Virus record (IMG/VR): IMGVR_UViG_3300045988_137032
Location: 96,001-160,000 of that record
Origin: a virus
Reading direction: 5' to 3' (one strand)
DNA: 64,000 bases
Shown here one piece after another: positions 63,337-64,000 of this stretch. The notes below the pieces were generated by a model that saw nothing but the letters and a program-made list of their open reading frames with translations, was not told the origin of the DNA and did no database searches. A program made the position numbers and the translations under genes. Position 1 is the first letter of the stretch. Every line of letters starts with the position of its first letter.

Positions 63337-63672
63337 ATGAAAGCATATGAAAAGATGACCGCTATCTCTTACCAGAGCTTCCGCAAGATCCGCAGCATCA
63401 GCAAACTGATGATGTTTGCTGGTGCTGTAAACACCATCCTGATGGTTATCGGGATGGCTACTTATCGTAGTGAGGTTATCGATCCCACTACGATTGAATG
63501 GATCTGTGCATTGAGTGATGCACAGTTCACTCTTGCCATCATCATGATGATGGTTGGCATCATTGGCATGGTGATGTTCGCTTCCATGAATCATGGAAGC
63601 GACATCAAGAAATGCTACAAGCTGTGGTGTGAGGAGCATGGTTATGCTCCTTACAACGCTTGTAAGCATTAA
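63337..63672 (+). CDS. small membrane protein
   Basis: 111 aa with 2-3 hydrophobic helices. AAGGAG SD. Terminator at 63681-63711. Confidence 0.65.
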   Translation: MKAYEKMTAISYQSFRKIRSISKLMMFAGAVNTILMVIGMATYRSEVIDPTTIEWICALSDAQFTLAIIMMMVGIIGMVMFASMNHGSDIKKCYKLWCEEHGYAPYNACKH

Positions 63673-63775
63673 CCCAAAAAAGACGTCCCGTTCCATTCGC
63701 GGGCTCCGTCTTTTTTTGTTTTCATAATGATTTTAACAGCAATCTAACTCGAATACACATGGAGGATCATAGAAA

Positions 63776-63976
63776 ATGAAAAAGAATGATTATGGTGGAT
63801 GGCTGTTTATGTATTGGATTATTTCTGTATCATCGTTTGTAGCATTCACACTTATGCTAGTATCATGTAATTTCTTTGAATTAGCCGCATGGGCTAAATG
63901 TTTTTTGATCGGAATTTTACTCGTTGGAATATTTTCCACGTATTGTGCTTGGAAACTTACCCACAATGACCCCTAA
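63776..63976 (+). CDS. small membrane protein
   Basis: 66 aa with two hydrophobic helices. GGAGG SD overlapping GGATCATAGAAA. Confidence 0.6.
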   Translation: MKKNDYGGWLFMYWIISVSSFVAFTLMLVSCNFFELAAWAKCFLIGILLVGIFSTYCAWKLTHNDP

Positions 63977-64000
63977 AAACAATTGTCTAATGGTAGTTCT

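Overview
AT-rich, densely coding, phage-like DNA. There are no rRNA genes, CRISPR arrays, integrases or transposases. Almost every gene has a strong GGAGG/AAGGAG Shine-Dalgarno motif. Hallmarks of a jumbo phage (phiKZ/AR9-like) are present: two different RNA polymerase beta-like genes (15..1847, 12074..14368) and a beta-prime N-terminal fragment with NADFDGD (7961..9376). Recognisable enzymes are RNase HI, thymidylate synthase, DHFR, a P-loop kinase and a SleB-type cell-wall hydrolase. A tail-fibre module lies at 30855..36905 and a probable scaffold/major-capsid module at 59879..62541. One tRNA is present (25600..25673, minus strand). The SD usage, the SleB-type lysin and a radical SAM enzyme suggest an (anaerobic) Firmicutes-type host; this is inference. 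Much of the window is accessory DNA organised as paralog arrays and repeated regulatory cassettes. Main second-look items: (1) a roughly 44-Cys CXXX-repeat protein with a radical SAM/SPASM maturase inside the tail-fibre module; (2) nine genes whose N-termini resemble T4-type capsid-targeting/prohead-protease (I/L)xE leaders, one fused to a GNAT acetyltransferase; (3) three tandem receptor-binding-tip-like genes with 5' poly(A) tracts, two of which need a -1 shift or +1 A to be read; (4) a perfect 92-bp inverted repeat bracketing the 6.2-kb fibre module, with mirrored arrays of small MKVYAI-type genes on both sides; (5) two perfect palindromes with 28-bp arms and a triplicated 25-bp palindrome, all at fibre/tip operons and all sharing an AACAAAT half-site; (6) PeSL-like conserved terminator-promoter cassettes; (7) an orphan MazF/PemK-fold gene. 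All functional calls rest on motif recognition by eye. No database search was run.
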